Part shown: piece after piece, positions 38,363-46,877 of the stretch
Position numbering within the stretch: position 1 is the stretch's first letter
How the letters are laid out: every line of letters begins with the position of its first letter
Source: a virus
Virus record (IMG/VR): IMGVR_UViG_3300032282_001564
Coordinates: 32,001 to 96,000 of that record
Direction: 5' to 3' (one strand)
Length of the DNA: 64,000 nucleotides
Notes under the pieces: model-generated
Told to the model about the DNA's origin: nothing
Seen by the model: only the letters and a program-made list of their open reading frames with translations
The model's database searches: none
Program-made: the position numbers and the translations under genes

Positions 38363-39117
38363 CACCTTTGATTACACAAGAAGTGGCCGTAAACATTGCG
38401 GCACATACTCAGATGGCATGGCAGTACGGAGCACCAAATGATGATGCAGGTGAAATTATAATCACCTGCGGACTTAAACCTTGGTATCCCGAAGCCGAAC
38501 AGCGTGGCGGATCAACAACTATCGTTGACGTTAAAGTTGGACGTATAGCCTACGACATTAAGTGTAGAGATGTCTTAGGCATCTTTTTAAAAGAGCATAG
38601 TGATAAACAAAAAGCACGAGCTCCGGGCAAAGAATATCATAAAATCAATGACACACTATTTGTTAGTTTACCTAAGTCGGTAGTTAGTCCTGTACGACGT
38701 CCAAGTGTAGATCTTGAAAACTACACAGGCGATTGTCAACGCATTATGACCGAGCAAATTGCTGAGTATAGAGCTTATGCTAATCGTACCATGACTGAAG
38801 CTGGATGTAACGAACTTAGGAGTGTGCTGTTGCTCTACGGAGAAAAGAATGGCTACAAGGCCATGTATGTTGAAGAACAGGCATTTGGTACACCCACGCC
38901 CGACTCTTATGCAACAGGCAAAGGATATCATGCCTACGACAGCAATAACAAGCTCTTGTATGAAATCCTGGACTATAGCAAGGGCAGTAGTAACTTCAAC
39001 AAACGGTTTGATTGCACTACAGGATACCTTTTTGTTTGGCCCAGCCAAGCATTGGGTACGCAAATTAGCACCCTGGAAACCTGGGAAAAAATGGGGAATT
39101 TTGCCCTAAAACTATAG
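38359..39117 (+). CDS. PD-(D/E)xK restriction-endonuclease-like protein
   Basis: GE...IVDVKVGRIAYDIKC. Confidence 0.45.
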   Translation: MTPLITQEVAVNIAAHTQMAWQYGAPNDDAGEIIITCGLKPWYPEAEQRGGSTTIVDVKVGRIAYDIKCRDVLGIFLKEHSDKQKARAPGKEYHKINDTLFVSLPKSVVSPVRRPSVDLENYTGDCQRIMTEQIAEYRAYANRTMTEAGCNELRSVLLLYGEKNGYKAMYVEEQAFGTPTPDSYATGKGYHAYDSNNKLLYEILDYSKGSSNFNKRFDCTTGYLFVWPSQALGTQISTLETWEKMGNFALKL

Positions 39118-39140
39118 TGTTGCGAAAAAACCACACGTAC

Positions 39141-39164
39141 AAGCCCCTGTTTATGGGGCTTTTT
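39141..39164 (+). terminator. Intrinsic terminator
   Basis: AAGCCCC-TGTTTAT-GGGGCTT-TTT. Confidence 0.75.
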
Positions 39165-39180
39165 GCCCTAAAAATTTCGG

Positions 39181-39209
39181 TTGAGCCATAATTCCCAAAA
39201 TGCTATACT
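39181..39209 (+). promoter_or_regulatory. Early sigma70-like promoter
   Basis: TTGAGC-17 nt (contains AATTCCCAAAAT)-TATACT. Confidence 0.65.
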
Positions 39210-39240
39210 ATGGGTATAGTAATTAATAAGGAGCTAGAAA

Positions 39241-39504
39241 ATGCTGAAATTTGAAAACATTGCTAAAATTGGTGACACTATCCGTGCATACGATTTTAAA
39301 CCCATGGTTGGCCGTGAAGACTGCTATGTCGAAGGTGTTGTTAAGAAAGTCGACAACCGTGGCTATGACTGTTTTGTGATTGACGTTACTTACGACTCGT
39401 GGAGCGACGCCGAAGACAAAGGCCGTGTTGGCAAAGAAGTTCTTGTTCCGTTTGAAGTCAGTTTCATGGAATTTGATGCTCGTGTTATGAACTTGAGCCG
39501 TTAA
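39241..39504 (+). CDS. Small early protein
   Basis: Strong AAGGAG SD and its own promoter. Confidence 0.75.
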   Translation: MLKFENIAKIGDTIRAYDFKPMVGREDCYVEGVVKKVDNRGYDCFVIDVTYDSWSDAEDKGRVGKEVLVPFEVSFMEFDARVMNLSR

Positions 39505-39508
39505 GGCG

Positions 39509-39537
39509 TTGACGATTAATTGCCAATAAGATATAAT
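39509..39537 (+). promoter_or_regulatory. Early sigma70-like promoter
   Basis: TTGACG-17 nt-TATAAT. Confidence 0.75.
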
Positions 39538-39565
39538 AGAACTGTAACAACTTTTTAAGGAACCT

Positions 39566-40678
39566 GTGATGAGCAATACTATTAGTGAGAATCGTACCGT
39601 TACCCCAAATGAATGCCGTAGCCGTTTGCTTCGTGCGTTCAAAGTAAAACGTCCTGTTTTTATTTGGGGTCCTCCCGGAATTGGCAAATCAGAATTGGTT
39701 GCTGGACTAACCGAAGAACTTGGTGGTCATTGCATCGACTTGCGTCTAGGCCAGATGGAGCCCACTGACTTGCGTGGTATCCCGTTTTATAATAAAGATT
39801 TGGGCAAGATGGATTGGGCTGAGCCCGTGGATCTGCCAACTGAAGAAATGGCTAAGGACTATCCTATTATTACCTTGTTCTTGGATGAGATGAACGTGGC
39901 GGCTCCTGCTGTACAAGCGGCGGCGTATCAGTTGATTCTTAACCGTCGCCTAGGCAAATATAAATTGCCGGACAATGTTGTGCTGGTTGCCGCAGGTAAC
40001 CGCGAAAGCGACAAAGGTGTTAGTTTCCGTATGCCAATGCCGTTGGCAAACCGTTTCGTTCACTTGGAAGTACGTGCCGACTACGACAGCTGGAACGAAT
40101 GGGCTGTTAAGAATCGTGTACACAAAGACGTGGTAGGTTACATTGGTTTTGCCAAACAAGACTTGATGGACTTTAACCCACGCTCGGCATCACGTGCCTT
40201 TGCTACTCCACGTTCATGGAGCTTCGTGTCCGAATTCTTGTACGACAATGATGCTACTGACCCAGAATTGAGCGATTTGATTGCTGGTACTATTGGTGAC
40301 GGCTTGGCTATTAAGTTCATGGCTCACCGTAAACACGCAGGTCAGATGCCTAAGCCTGAAGATATCTTGCACGGTAAGGTTAAAGAACTTAAAGTCAAAG
40401 AAGTGTCAGCTATGTACTCGTTGACTGTTTCTATGTGCTATGAGCTTCAAGACGCATTTACTAAACTTGGTAAATCTAAGATTAGCGAATGGCATGAAAT
40501 GGCAGATAACTTCTTCCGCTTTATGATGGATAACTTTAGCACTGAGTTGGTTGTTATGGGTGCTCGTGTTGCACTTACTACATACAACCTGCCCCTGGTG
40601 CCAGGTAAGCTCAAGAACTTTGACGAGTTCCACAAACGCTTCGGCAAGTACATTATTGCCGCAGGCGGTAAGAACTAA
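39566..40678 (+). CDS. MoxR-like AAA+ ATPase
   Basis: Walker A GPPGIGKS, Walker B LFLDE, AAGNR, PLANRF, TPRSW. Confidence 0.9.
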   Translation: MMSNTISENRTVTPNECRSRLLRAFKVKRPVFIWGPPGIGKSELVAGLTEELGGHCIDLRLGQMEPTDLRGIPFYNKDLGKMDWAEPVDLPTEEMAKDYPIITLFLDEMNVAAPAVQAAAYQLILNRRLGKYKLPDNVVLVAAGNRESDKGVSFRMPMPLANRFVHLEVRADYDSWNEWAVKNRVHKDVVGYIGFAKQDLMDFNPRSASRAFATPRSWSFVSEFLYDNDATDPELSDLIAGTIGDGLAIKFMAHRKHAGQMPKPEDILHGKVKELKVKEVSAMYSLTVSMCYELQDAFTKLGKSKISEWHEMADNFFRFMMDNFSTELVVMGARVALTTYNLPLVPGKLKNFDEFHKRFGKYIIAAGGKN

Positions 40679-40695
40679 AGGTTGCTGTCACAGGC

Positions 40696-40731
40696 AAGGA
40701 GGCAGGAGAAATCCGTAAGCCCTCCTTTTTT
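40696..40731 (+). terminator. Intrinsic terminator with internal loop and GAAA tetraloop
   Basis: AAGGAGGC-A-GGA-GAAA-TCC-GTAA-GCCCTCCTT-TTTT. Confidence 0.6.
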
Positions 40732-40734
40732 ACT

Positions 40735-40932
40735 ATGAACTACGACTTTTGCCCCGAATTAGATACCCCAGAGATCTGTGTAATAATGGATCGTAAGTGG
40801 TGGGTAGAAAACAAGGATGCAATTGGTGCTTGGTTAGGCGAAGATAAGATAGCTCTAGGACAGATGATGTTATATATTCCCAAGCCAGCAGATCGTACCT
40901 ACTTTATGTTACGGTGGCCACAATGCTCATAG
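40735..40932 (+). CDS. Small hypothetical protein
   Basis: Ends in ...TYFMLRW, a motif shared with other small ORFs in the window. Confidence 0.6.
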   Translation: MNYDFCPELDTPEICVIMDRKWWVENKDAIGAWLGEDKIALGQMMLYIPKPADRTYFMLRWPQCS

Positions 40933-41207
40933 AAGCAATAGTGTTAGCAGTTGGTGTTGGTAGTGTAGTTAGCTACGAAACTACTGGCAAAGGCCTAGCT
41001 GACCATGCAATTAGTAGTGTAACCAACAAAGATTGTAAAATAGCAAGGGTCGTACATAATGAACAAGTGTGCCAAACTACTGAACCACAAGGATCTGTTA
41101 TTGTATCAGCGCCAAACCCTCCAGTGGCTAGCAACACTATCGCAAGGGCCAACGACATCTTCGCAGAGCGAGCAAGGAAGTACAATGAAGGTAACAAAAC
41201 TAGATAA
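40914..41207 (+). CDS. Small exported or membrane protein
   Basis: Hydrophobic N-terminus; TTGKGLADHAIS...DC...VC. Confidence 0.6.
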   Translation: MATMLIEAIVLAVGVGSVVSYETTGKGLADHAISSVTNKDCKIARVVHNEQVCQTTEPQGSVIVSAPNPPVASNTIARANDIFAERARKYNEGNKTR

Positions 41208-41490
41208 GCGACATACCGGATATGGTAAATTTATGTATTCGGTTGATGCCGGCGGAAACGGGCCTGCTACAGTTGTAATCCTACATCGTTGGAGAGAATG
41301 GTGTTGGCAAGTATATGGCCCTGGTATTGAATTGCGTTTTATTGCATCCAACGATGGATATCGTATGGGAAAGACCATGGGCATTGATCTTCCAGATCGG
41401 TGGGCTTGGCAAACCGAGTTTGGGAACCATAAACTGTATTTTAAAGATGAAGAAACAATGAGCGGATTCTTGTTTCAGTGGAGTAAATAA
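41185..41490 (+). CDS. Small hypothetical protein
   Basis: AAGGAAG SD; REWCWQVYGPG; ends LYFKDEETMSGFLFQWS. Confidence 0.65.
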   Translation: MKVTKLDKRHTGYGKFMYSVDAGGNGPATVVILHRWREWCWQVYGPGIELRFIASNDGYRMGKTMGIDLPDRWAWQTEFGNHKLYFKDEETMSGFLFQWSK

Positions 41491-41491
41491 C

Positions 41492-41536
41492 CGTTGTTTT
41501 TTAGCCACAGACAGTTAATTCCCATAATGTTATAAT
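41492..41536 (+). promoter_or_regulatory. Early promoter with upstream palindromic box
   Basis: CGTTG-N8-CCACA; CAGACA-17 nt (contains AATTCCCATAAT)-TATAAT. Confidence 0.6.
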
Positions 41537-41562
41537 ATAAGTATTGTAAAGGAGCCCTTCAA

Positions 41563-42819
41563 ATGTCAGACACTACACTATCAGAAAAAAGCAAAGCAGT
41601 CACAGTTACTGATCCCAAAATTGATGCCGCCGCTAAAGAAAAATTGGTAACGGCACGTATTGGTTTGCTACTCCGTGCTCCGTTTTTTGGCAATCTTGCT
41701 ACACGCCTAACTCTTATTAATGCCGACGATTGGTGCCCTACTGCCGCAACCGACGGACGTCGTTTTTATTACAATAGCCAATTTGTCAATGCACTTCCGC
41801 TCAAACAATTAGAGTTCCTAGTTGGCCACGAAGTATTGCATGCCGTTTATGATCACATGGGACGTCGTGGCAATCGTGATCCTAAATTGTGGAATATTGC
41901 TGATGACTATTGTGTAAACTGGGACTTGGTAGAACAGCGTGTTGGCGATAAAATTCCAATCGCCCTGTACGATCAGAAATACAAAGGCATGAGTGCCGAA
42001 GAAGTCTACGATGACTTGTACGAAAACGCAGACAAAATTAATGTTGACGAACTATTAAAACGTCTATTGGACGAGCACTTGGATGGCGAAGGCGATAGCG
42101 ATGGCGAAGGTGATGGCGACAAGCCCGGTAACGGTCGCCCTAAACTCAGCGAAGAAGAAAAGAAGGCTATCCGTGACGAGATTAAAGATGCTGTACTAAA
42201 TGCGGCTAATGCCGCAGGTGCTGGCAATATCCCTGGTGGTGTTAAACGTCTTATTAAGGACTTGACTGAGCCAGTTATTAGTTGGAAAGAACTGTTGCCC
42301 CAGCAGATTGAATCGTGCATCAAGTCTGACTTTACTTGGATTCGTCCTAGCCGTAGAGGTTGGCATATGGATGCAGTTATGCCTGGTATGAAGCCCGGCG
42401 AGCAGATTGATGTTGTTATTGGTATTGACACGTCTGGTTCTATTACTGACAACGATCTTAAGATTTTCTTGAGTGAAATCAAAGGTATTATGGAATCCTA
42501 CGATGAGTACAAGATCCATGTACTGGGTTGGGACACTGAAGTTCATAACCACGAAATCTTTACTAGCGACAACCTAGAAGATATTAGCTCGTTTGAACCT
42601 GGCGGTGGCGGTGGTACAGATCCGCATTGTGTTTGGAATTGGTTGCAAGAGAATCAAATCGAACCCAAGAAGCTGATTATGTTTACTGACTTCTGTTTCT
42701 TTGGTTGGAGCCCAGCAGAAGTTGAGCAGTATTGCGATACTGTTTGGATCATCAAAGGCAACAAATCAGCAGAGCCCGAGTTTGGCGTGTATGCTCACTA
42801 CGAGGACGCAGAAAAATGA
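41563..42819 (+). CDS. Metallopeptidase plus VWA domain protein (DUF2201-like), MoxR partner
   Basis: TAATDG, HEVLH (HExxH), acidic linker, IDTSGS (MIDAS), GGGGT, FTD. Confidence 0.88.
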   Translation: MSDTTLSEKSKAVTVTDPKIDAAAKEKLVTARIGLLLRAPFFGNLATRLTLINADDWCPTAATDGRRFYYNSQFVNALPLKQLEFLVGHEVLHAVYDHMGRRGNRDPKLWNIADDYCVNWDLVEQRVGDKIPIALYDQKYKGMSAEEVYDDLYENADKINVDELLKRLLDEHLDGEGDSDGEGDGDKPGNGRPKLSEEEKKAIRDEIKDAVLNAANAAGAGNIPGGVKRLIKDLTEPVISWKELLPQQIESCIKSDFTWIRPSRRGWHMDAVMPGMKPGEQIDVVIGIDTSGSITDNDLKIFLSEIKGIMESYDEYKIHVLGWDTEVHNHEIFTSDNLEDISSFEPGGGGGTDPHCVWNWLQENQIEPKKLIMFTDFCFFGWSPAEVEQYCDTVWIIKGNKSAEPEFGVYAHYEDAEK

Positions 42820-42977
42820 TGTCACAAATGGAAAAATGTATTGTTGGTCTTTTTGCCTCTATCATTGTCATAATGTTTTTAGGCGCAGGTATTGCCGCAG
42901 ACCAACGTAATAACTGTAGACTAGAATTGGCCAAGGCTGGCCGTAGTGTCGAAGACATTGTAAAGATCTGCCCATGA
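42816..42977 (+). CDS. Small membrane protein
   Basis: ATGA-coupled; one TM segment. Confidence 0.55.
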   Translation: MMSQMEKCIVGLFASIIVIMFLGAGIAADQRNNCRLELAKAGRSVEDIVKICP

Positions 42978-43156
42978 ACGAACGTATACTGGAACTGATG
43001 CGACAGGCAGACTATCCTGCTCCAGAGATTGCCCTACGTGCTCAGAAGTTGGCCGAGTTGATTGTGCGGGAATGTGCTGATATTGCGTCAATGAATCAAT
43101 TTCAGTATGATTCTGTTGGTAACTATGTGTTGAAACATTTCGGAGTTGAAGAATGA
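42974..43156 (+). CDS. Small hypothetical protein
   Basis: MNERILEL...AELIVRECA...KHFGVEE; coupled to its neighbours. Confidence 0.65.
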   Translation: MNERILELMRQADYPAPEIALRAQKLAELIVRECADIASMNQFQYDSVGNYVLKHFGVEE

Positions 43157-43389
43157 CATTTACTGTAAGCGAAACACCGTGGGTCACTTTGCGTCAAGGT
43201 GATCCCAGTTTTCAACTACAAGGTACTTACGCTTTAACTACTCGTGCTGGTATTGAAATTACACAGGACTGCCCGAAACATTTAGTTGATAATATTACCT
43301 GGGCTATAAATCAAGGTTGGCTCGAAGCTGTAGCATTTGTACCAAAAACAGATCCTACGCTGATATGGGATACTTTAAAAAATGAATAA
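43153..43389 (+). CDS. Hypothetical protein
   Basis: Coupled ORF. Confidence 0.6.
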   Translation: MTFTVSETPWVTLRQGDPSFQLQGTYALTTRAGIEITQDCPKHLVDNITWAINQGWLEAVAFVPKTDPTLIWDTLKNE

Positions 43390-43600
43390 ACCGCGTTCAG
43401 CAAACGGTAAAACTGGATTACTAATCAGACTGTATAACGGTACTTACTGTTTTCGAGTGTATAATCGAGACAACACTTTTACTGATTACGATTTACTTCA
43501 CAGTGACTTATGTGTTACAATTAAAGACAAAGATGCGTTCTTTTATCGAGACGCAAATGGTAGTAGTTTAGATCACAGTCCCGCAACCCTAGGAAAATAA
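43382..43600 (+). CDS. Hypothetical protein
   Basis: Coupled ORF; FRVY...FTDYDL.HSDL. Confidence 0.6.
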   Translation: MNKPRSANGKTGLLIRLYNGTYCFRVYNRDNTFTDYDLLHSDLCVTIKDKDAFFYRDANGSSLDHSPATLGK

Positions 43601-43601
43601 A

Positions 43602-43892
43602 ATGGAATTCCAAGACCCAACTAAATTAAAACCCAAAGCCGCACGTGAGCTGTCGTTGACTTTGCAAAAACGTATTCTTAAACTAGAGAATACTCTAGAC
43701 GATTTGATGCGTAGTGTTGAAATTGCACAATACACTAAACAGTATAATGTCACTGAAGTCTTTGTACGTGATGCCGAAGAACTGCTAAAGGATCGTTTGG
43801 TTCTGCCGGAGATTAATCAAGCAAATACCAAGTACACTTTAGTCGAAGGTGAAATAAGTCAAGAAACCATCGATAAAATTAAATCTAAATAA
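43602..43892 (+). CDS. Hypothetical protein
   Basis: AGGA SD; coiled-coil-like. Confidence 0.6.
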   Translation: MEFQDPTKLKPKAARELSLTLQKRILKLENTLDDLMRSVEIAQYTKQYNVTEVFVRDAEELLKDRLVLPEINQANTKYTLVEGEISQETIDKIKSK

Positions 43893-44179
43893 TGCTTAAA
43901 TACGGCGAAGTTAATCCGTTGTCAGTCTTTGGACTGAGAGAATTAGACTATTGTCCGCCCCATTTTACTCGGGTAGACTTTGCACTTAAGACCAACGAAA
44001 AAATAATTTCGGATTGGATTTGGGCAAACTTAGAAGGCCGTTTTTGGTATGGCGATCATTACTACAAAGAAGAAAATACAGTACAGTTTACCAAATCTGT
44101 AGCATTCGAAAACGCCGGTGAAGCCAGTATGTTTGCTCTGATACTGGACCAAATTAATAAGAGCAATTACGACTTCTAA
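43892..44179 (+). CDS. Hypothetical protein
   Basis: TAATG-coupled; WIWANLEGRF...AFE...EASMFAL. Confidence 0.65.
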   Translation: MLKYGEVNPLSVFGLRELDYCPPHFTRVDFALKTNEKIISDWIWANLEGRFWYGDHYYKEENTVQFTKSVAFENAGEASMFALILDQINKSNYDF

Positions 44180-44192
44180 GAAAATTTTTCCA

Positions 44193-44239
44193 GTGTCTTC
44201 GTAAGTAGTAAATATATGCATAGTTTACTACGGAGATAC
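44193..44239 (+). promoter_or_regulatory. RBS-occluding hairpin containing a late promoter
   Basis: GTGTCTTC-gtaa-GTAGTAAA pairs with TTTACTAC-GGAGATAC; TAAATA at 44209. Confidence 0.6.
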
Positions 44240-44240
44240 T

Positions 44241-44495
44241 ATGTCAGACCAAGCACAACAAGATCAAGCACCAGCACAAGAGCCGGTACAATTAAAGATA
44301 GCAGACTTGCTATTAGCGGCACAAGTTATTCAACTTGTTAGCCAGCGTGGCGCAATTAAGCCAGAAGAATTCACACAAGTAGGTGGACTGTATGAGCGCC
44401 TTGTAGCGTTCCTACAAGCCAGCGGTGCAATACAACCACCGTCTGCAGACGCACCTGCTGGTGAACAGCCAGCTGAAGAATTGCCAGCGGCATAA
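44241..44495 (+). CDS. Hypothetical protein
   Basis: GGAGA SD; SQRGAIKPEE...VGGLYERL. Confidence 0.7.
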   Translation: MSDQAQQDQAPAQEPVQLKIADLLLAAQVIQLVSQRGAIKPEEFTQVGGLYERLVAFLQASGAIQPPSADAPAGEQPAEELPAA

Positions 44496-44509
44496 TAAGG
44501 AAAATCAAA

Positions 44510-45208
44510 ATGATTAAACACGTCGGTAAACACAATAACAAGAAAATTGTTATACTATGGCGCAAAGTACCAAACGAAGACCATATGTCTTTAGTTTGCT
44601 ACAGCGACACTCTTCCAAGATTAATTCATGACGAAGTTATGAAGGCATTGGAAAGTGCAATTGGCCAGAACGCTAAAGATTTTAGCGATGTATTATTCCG
44701 CACCGTAATGGGTGATGGTCGTAATGCATTAGAAGTAATGCACAAAGAAGGATTTATCAAGAAGGTCCCAGCTAGCCAAGTATTAGTGACACCGACTGCA
44801 AAATCAAGTGTGCGATTAGATGAATTAAACAACATCTTAGACGAAATGGAAAAAGGTGAAGAGGCTATTAAGCGTCTTTCAGACATTGACAAAAACTCTG
44901 GATTGCAAACCAAGAAACGTCGTACTGAAGGTCGCGAAGTTGGAATGCCTCCTAACAATGCTAGTGTAAGCAGAACTAACATTGATGTTGAAGCAACAGA
45001 TAGTGCCGCGGCATATCTTAAAGGTGCGTTAAGCGACAGCGACTTGGCCGAGCAACGACTAAGCCAAGCCCAGCAAATGCAAAAACAAGCCGAGCAGTTA
45101 TTGGCTGAAGCAAAACGCTTAACAGAAGAAGCGAAATCACTATCACCTGCGAAAAATGTCACAACAAAAACCAAAAAAACCGCGACTACCAAAAAGCAAG
45201 CGGCTTAA
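44510..45208 (+). CDS. Hypothetical protein with C-terminal coiled coil
   Basis: AAGGA SD; MIKHVG start; basic tail. Confidence 0.7.
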   Translation: MIKHVGKHNNKKIVILWRKVPNEDHMSLVCYSDTLPRLIHDEVMKALESAIGQNAKDFSDVLFRTVMGDGRNALEVMHKEGFIKKVPASQVLVTPTAKSSVRLDELNNILDEMEKGEEAIKRLSDIDKNSGLQTKKRRTEGREVGMPPNNASVSRTNIDVEATDSAAAYLKGALSDSDLAEQRLSQAQQMQKQAEQLLAEAKRLTEEAKSLSPAKNVTTKTKKTATTKKQAA

Positions 45209-45500
45209 CTTTAGTAGAAAAGACCAATGGGAAAAGTTACTCAAAGAAGTAAAGAAAGAGCAGGTTCCCATTGGCGTGTTACGTTACATTACTGTTAATC
45301 TCAAAGACGGGACCAGTGTCGATGTTAACATTGAAGAAATGTTAGCAGAAGGTGCCGATCCTGTTCATGTTGAACATTTAATTAACAGTAAACTAAATGC
45401 TCTCGACGACATTATTAAAGATGTCGACTTTCATATCAGCGTTGATAGTGTAGCCAACGTAGTACAACCTTTCACAGATCAATTACTTAAGGACCTATGA
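45156..45500 (+). CDS. Hypothetical protein
   Basis: Coupled to folA. Confidence 0.6.
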   Translation: MSQQKPKKPRLPKSKRLNFSRKDQWEKLLKEVKKEQVPIGVLRYITVNLKDGTSVDVNIEEMLAEGADPVHVEHLINSKLNALDDIIKDVDFHISVDSVANVVQPFTDQLLKDL

Positions 45501-46003
45501 TTAATGCCATATTTGCCGTTGACTTCAACGGCGGTATGGGGTTTAACGGTACATTACCGTGGCCTCATAACAGTGAAGATTTAAAGCATTTCCAAAAATT
45601 AACAGATGGACATGTTGTAGTCTGCGGACGTAAGACTTGGGACGATCCAAAAATGCCCAAGCCTCTTAACGGTCGCATTGTGTATGTAGCAACCCATAGG
45701 CCTGTTGCTTACGCTACACAGGTTACCGGTAACATAGTTGAAGAGATTGTAAAAATTGAACAACGGCATTCAGATAAAAAAATCTTTGTCATAGGCGGTG
45801 CCGAAATATTAGAAGCCACTTTGGAATTAACGGATAGGATATACTTGACACACATCAAGGGTTCGTATAAAGTAGATACTAGAATACATTTAAAAGAATA
45901 TCTAACAGGATTTGTTCCGGTTAGAGCAGAAGTAAGCAAAGATTTTCAATCAACATTCACTGTCTATGATCCAATATTTAAACGCATTAAAACAAGTCCT
46001 TGA
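45497..46003 (+). CDS. folA: Dihydrofolate reductase
   Basis: GMGFNGTLPW, DLKHF, GRKTW, PLNGR, VIGG, IYLTHI. Confidence 0.95.
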   Translation: MINAIFAVDFNGGMGFNGTLPWPHNSEDLKHFQKLTDGHVVVCGRKTWDDPKMPKPLNGRIVYVATHRPVAYATQVTGNIVEEIVKIEQRHSDKKIFVIGGAEILEATLELTDRIYLTHIKGSYKVDTRIHLKEYLTGFVPVRAEVSKDFQSTFTVYDPIFKRIKTSP

Positions 46004-46877
46004 ACAAGGCGAACAACGAGATGACCGAACAGGTGTAGGTACTATTAGCCTGTTTGGCATGCAACAACGCTACGATCTTAGCACAACATTTCCCGCAGTA
46101 ACAACAAAAAAATTAGCCTGGAAAGCCTGTGTAGGCGAGCTACTATGGATGCTTGAAGGTTCAGGAAACGAACGTCGTCTTGCTGAGATTACACACGGTG
46201 ATCCAGAGGGTGCTGTAACTATCTGGACACCAAATGCATTATCGCATTATTGGAAACCACACGCACAATACGAAGGCGACCTAGGCCGTGTATACGGTGT
46301 ACAATGGCGTCACTGGCGTACAGTACAACACGTTAAAACTGGTAGCATTAAAAATGAAATGGGCAGTTACTTTAGTATCCAGGGTGGTATTCACGAAGTT
46401 GAAACTGACCAACTTAGAACATTAATTGAAGGTATTAAGCGAGACCCACACGGACGTCGACATATATTATCTGCATGGAATCCGGGCGAGATAGAAGCCA
46501 TGGCCCTGCCACCGTGTCATGTCTTAGCACAGTTTTATGTAAGTAAAGACAACAGATTAAGTTGTCAAATGTATCAACGCAGTTGTGACATGTTTTTAGG
46601 TGTCCCCTTTAATATCGCAAGCTACAGCCTACTAACGGCCATGATAGCTCAAGTGTGCGACCTACAGGTCGGGGAGTTCGTTCACGTTCTCGGCGATGCA
46701 CACATCTACCTAAACCATGTTGAACAGGTAAAAGAACAGCTAACACGTGAACCATTACCTGCACCGACTCTTCGTCTTAATCCTGATATCAAAGATATTA
46801 CTAAGTTTACCATGGCAGACATTAGTTTAGAGGGTTATACAAGCCACGGCACTATCAAAGCAGAAATGGCAGTATGA
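45966..46877 (+). CDS. thyA: Thymidylate synthase
   Basis: DRTGVGT, ELLW, YGVQWR, LPPCH, YQRSCDMFLGVPFN, DAHIY. Confidence 0.97.
   Translation: MIQYLNALKQVLEQGEQRDDRTGVGTISLFGMQQRYDLSTTFPAVTTKKLAWKACVGELLWMLEGSGNERRLAEITHGDPEGAVTIWTPNALSHYWKPHAQYEGDLGRVYGVQWRHWRTVQHVKTGSIKNEMGSYFSIQGGIHEVETDQLRTLIEGIKRDPHGRRHILSAWNPGEIEAMALPPCHVLAQFYVSKDNRLSCQMYQRSCDMFLGVPFNIASYSLLTAMIAQVCDLQVGEFVHVLGDAHIYLNHVEQVKEQLTREPLPAPTLRLNPDIKDITKFTMADISLEGYTSHGTIKAEMAV

Noticed and set aside
45966-46877. Thymidylate synthase homologue acting as a dCMP hydroxymethylase for DNA hypermodification
   Set aside because: It retains the dUMP-specifying Asn (GVPFN) and is paired with DHFR, so it is a canonical ThyA.
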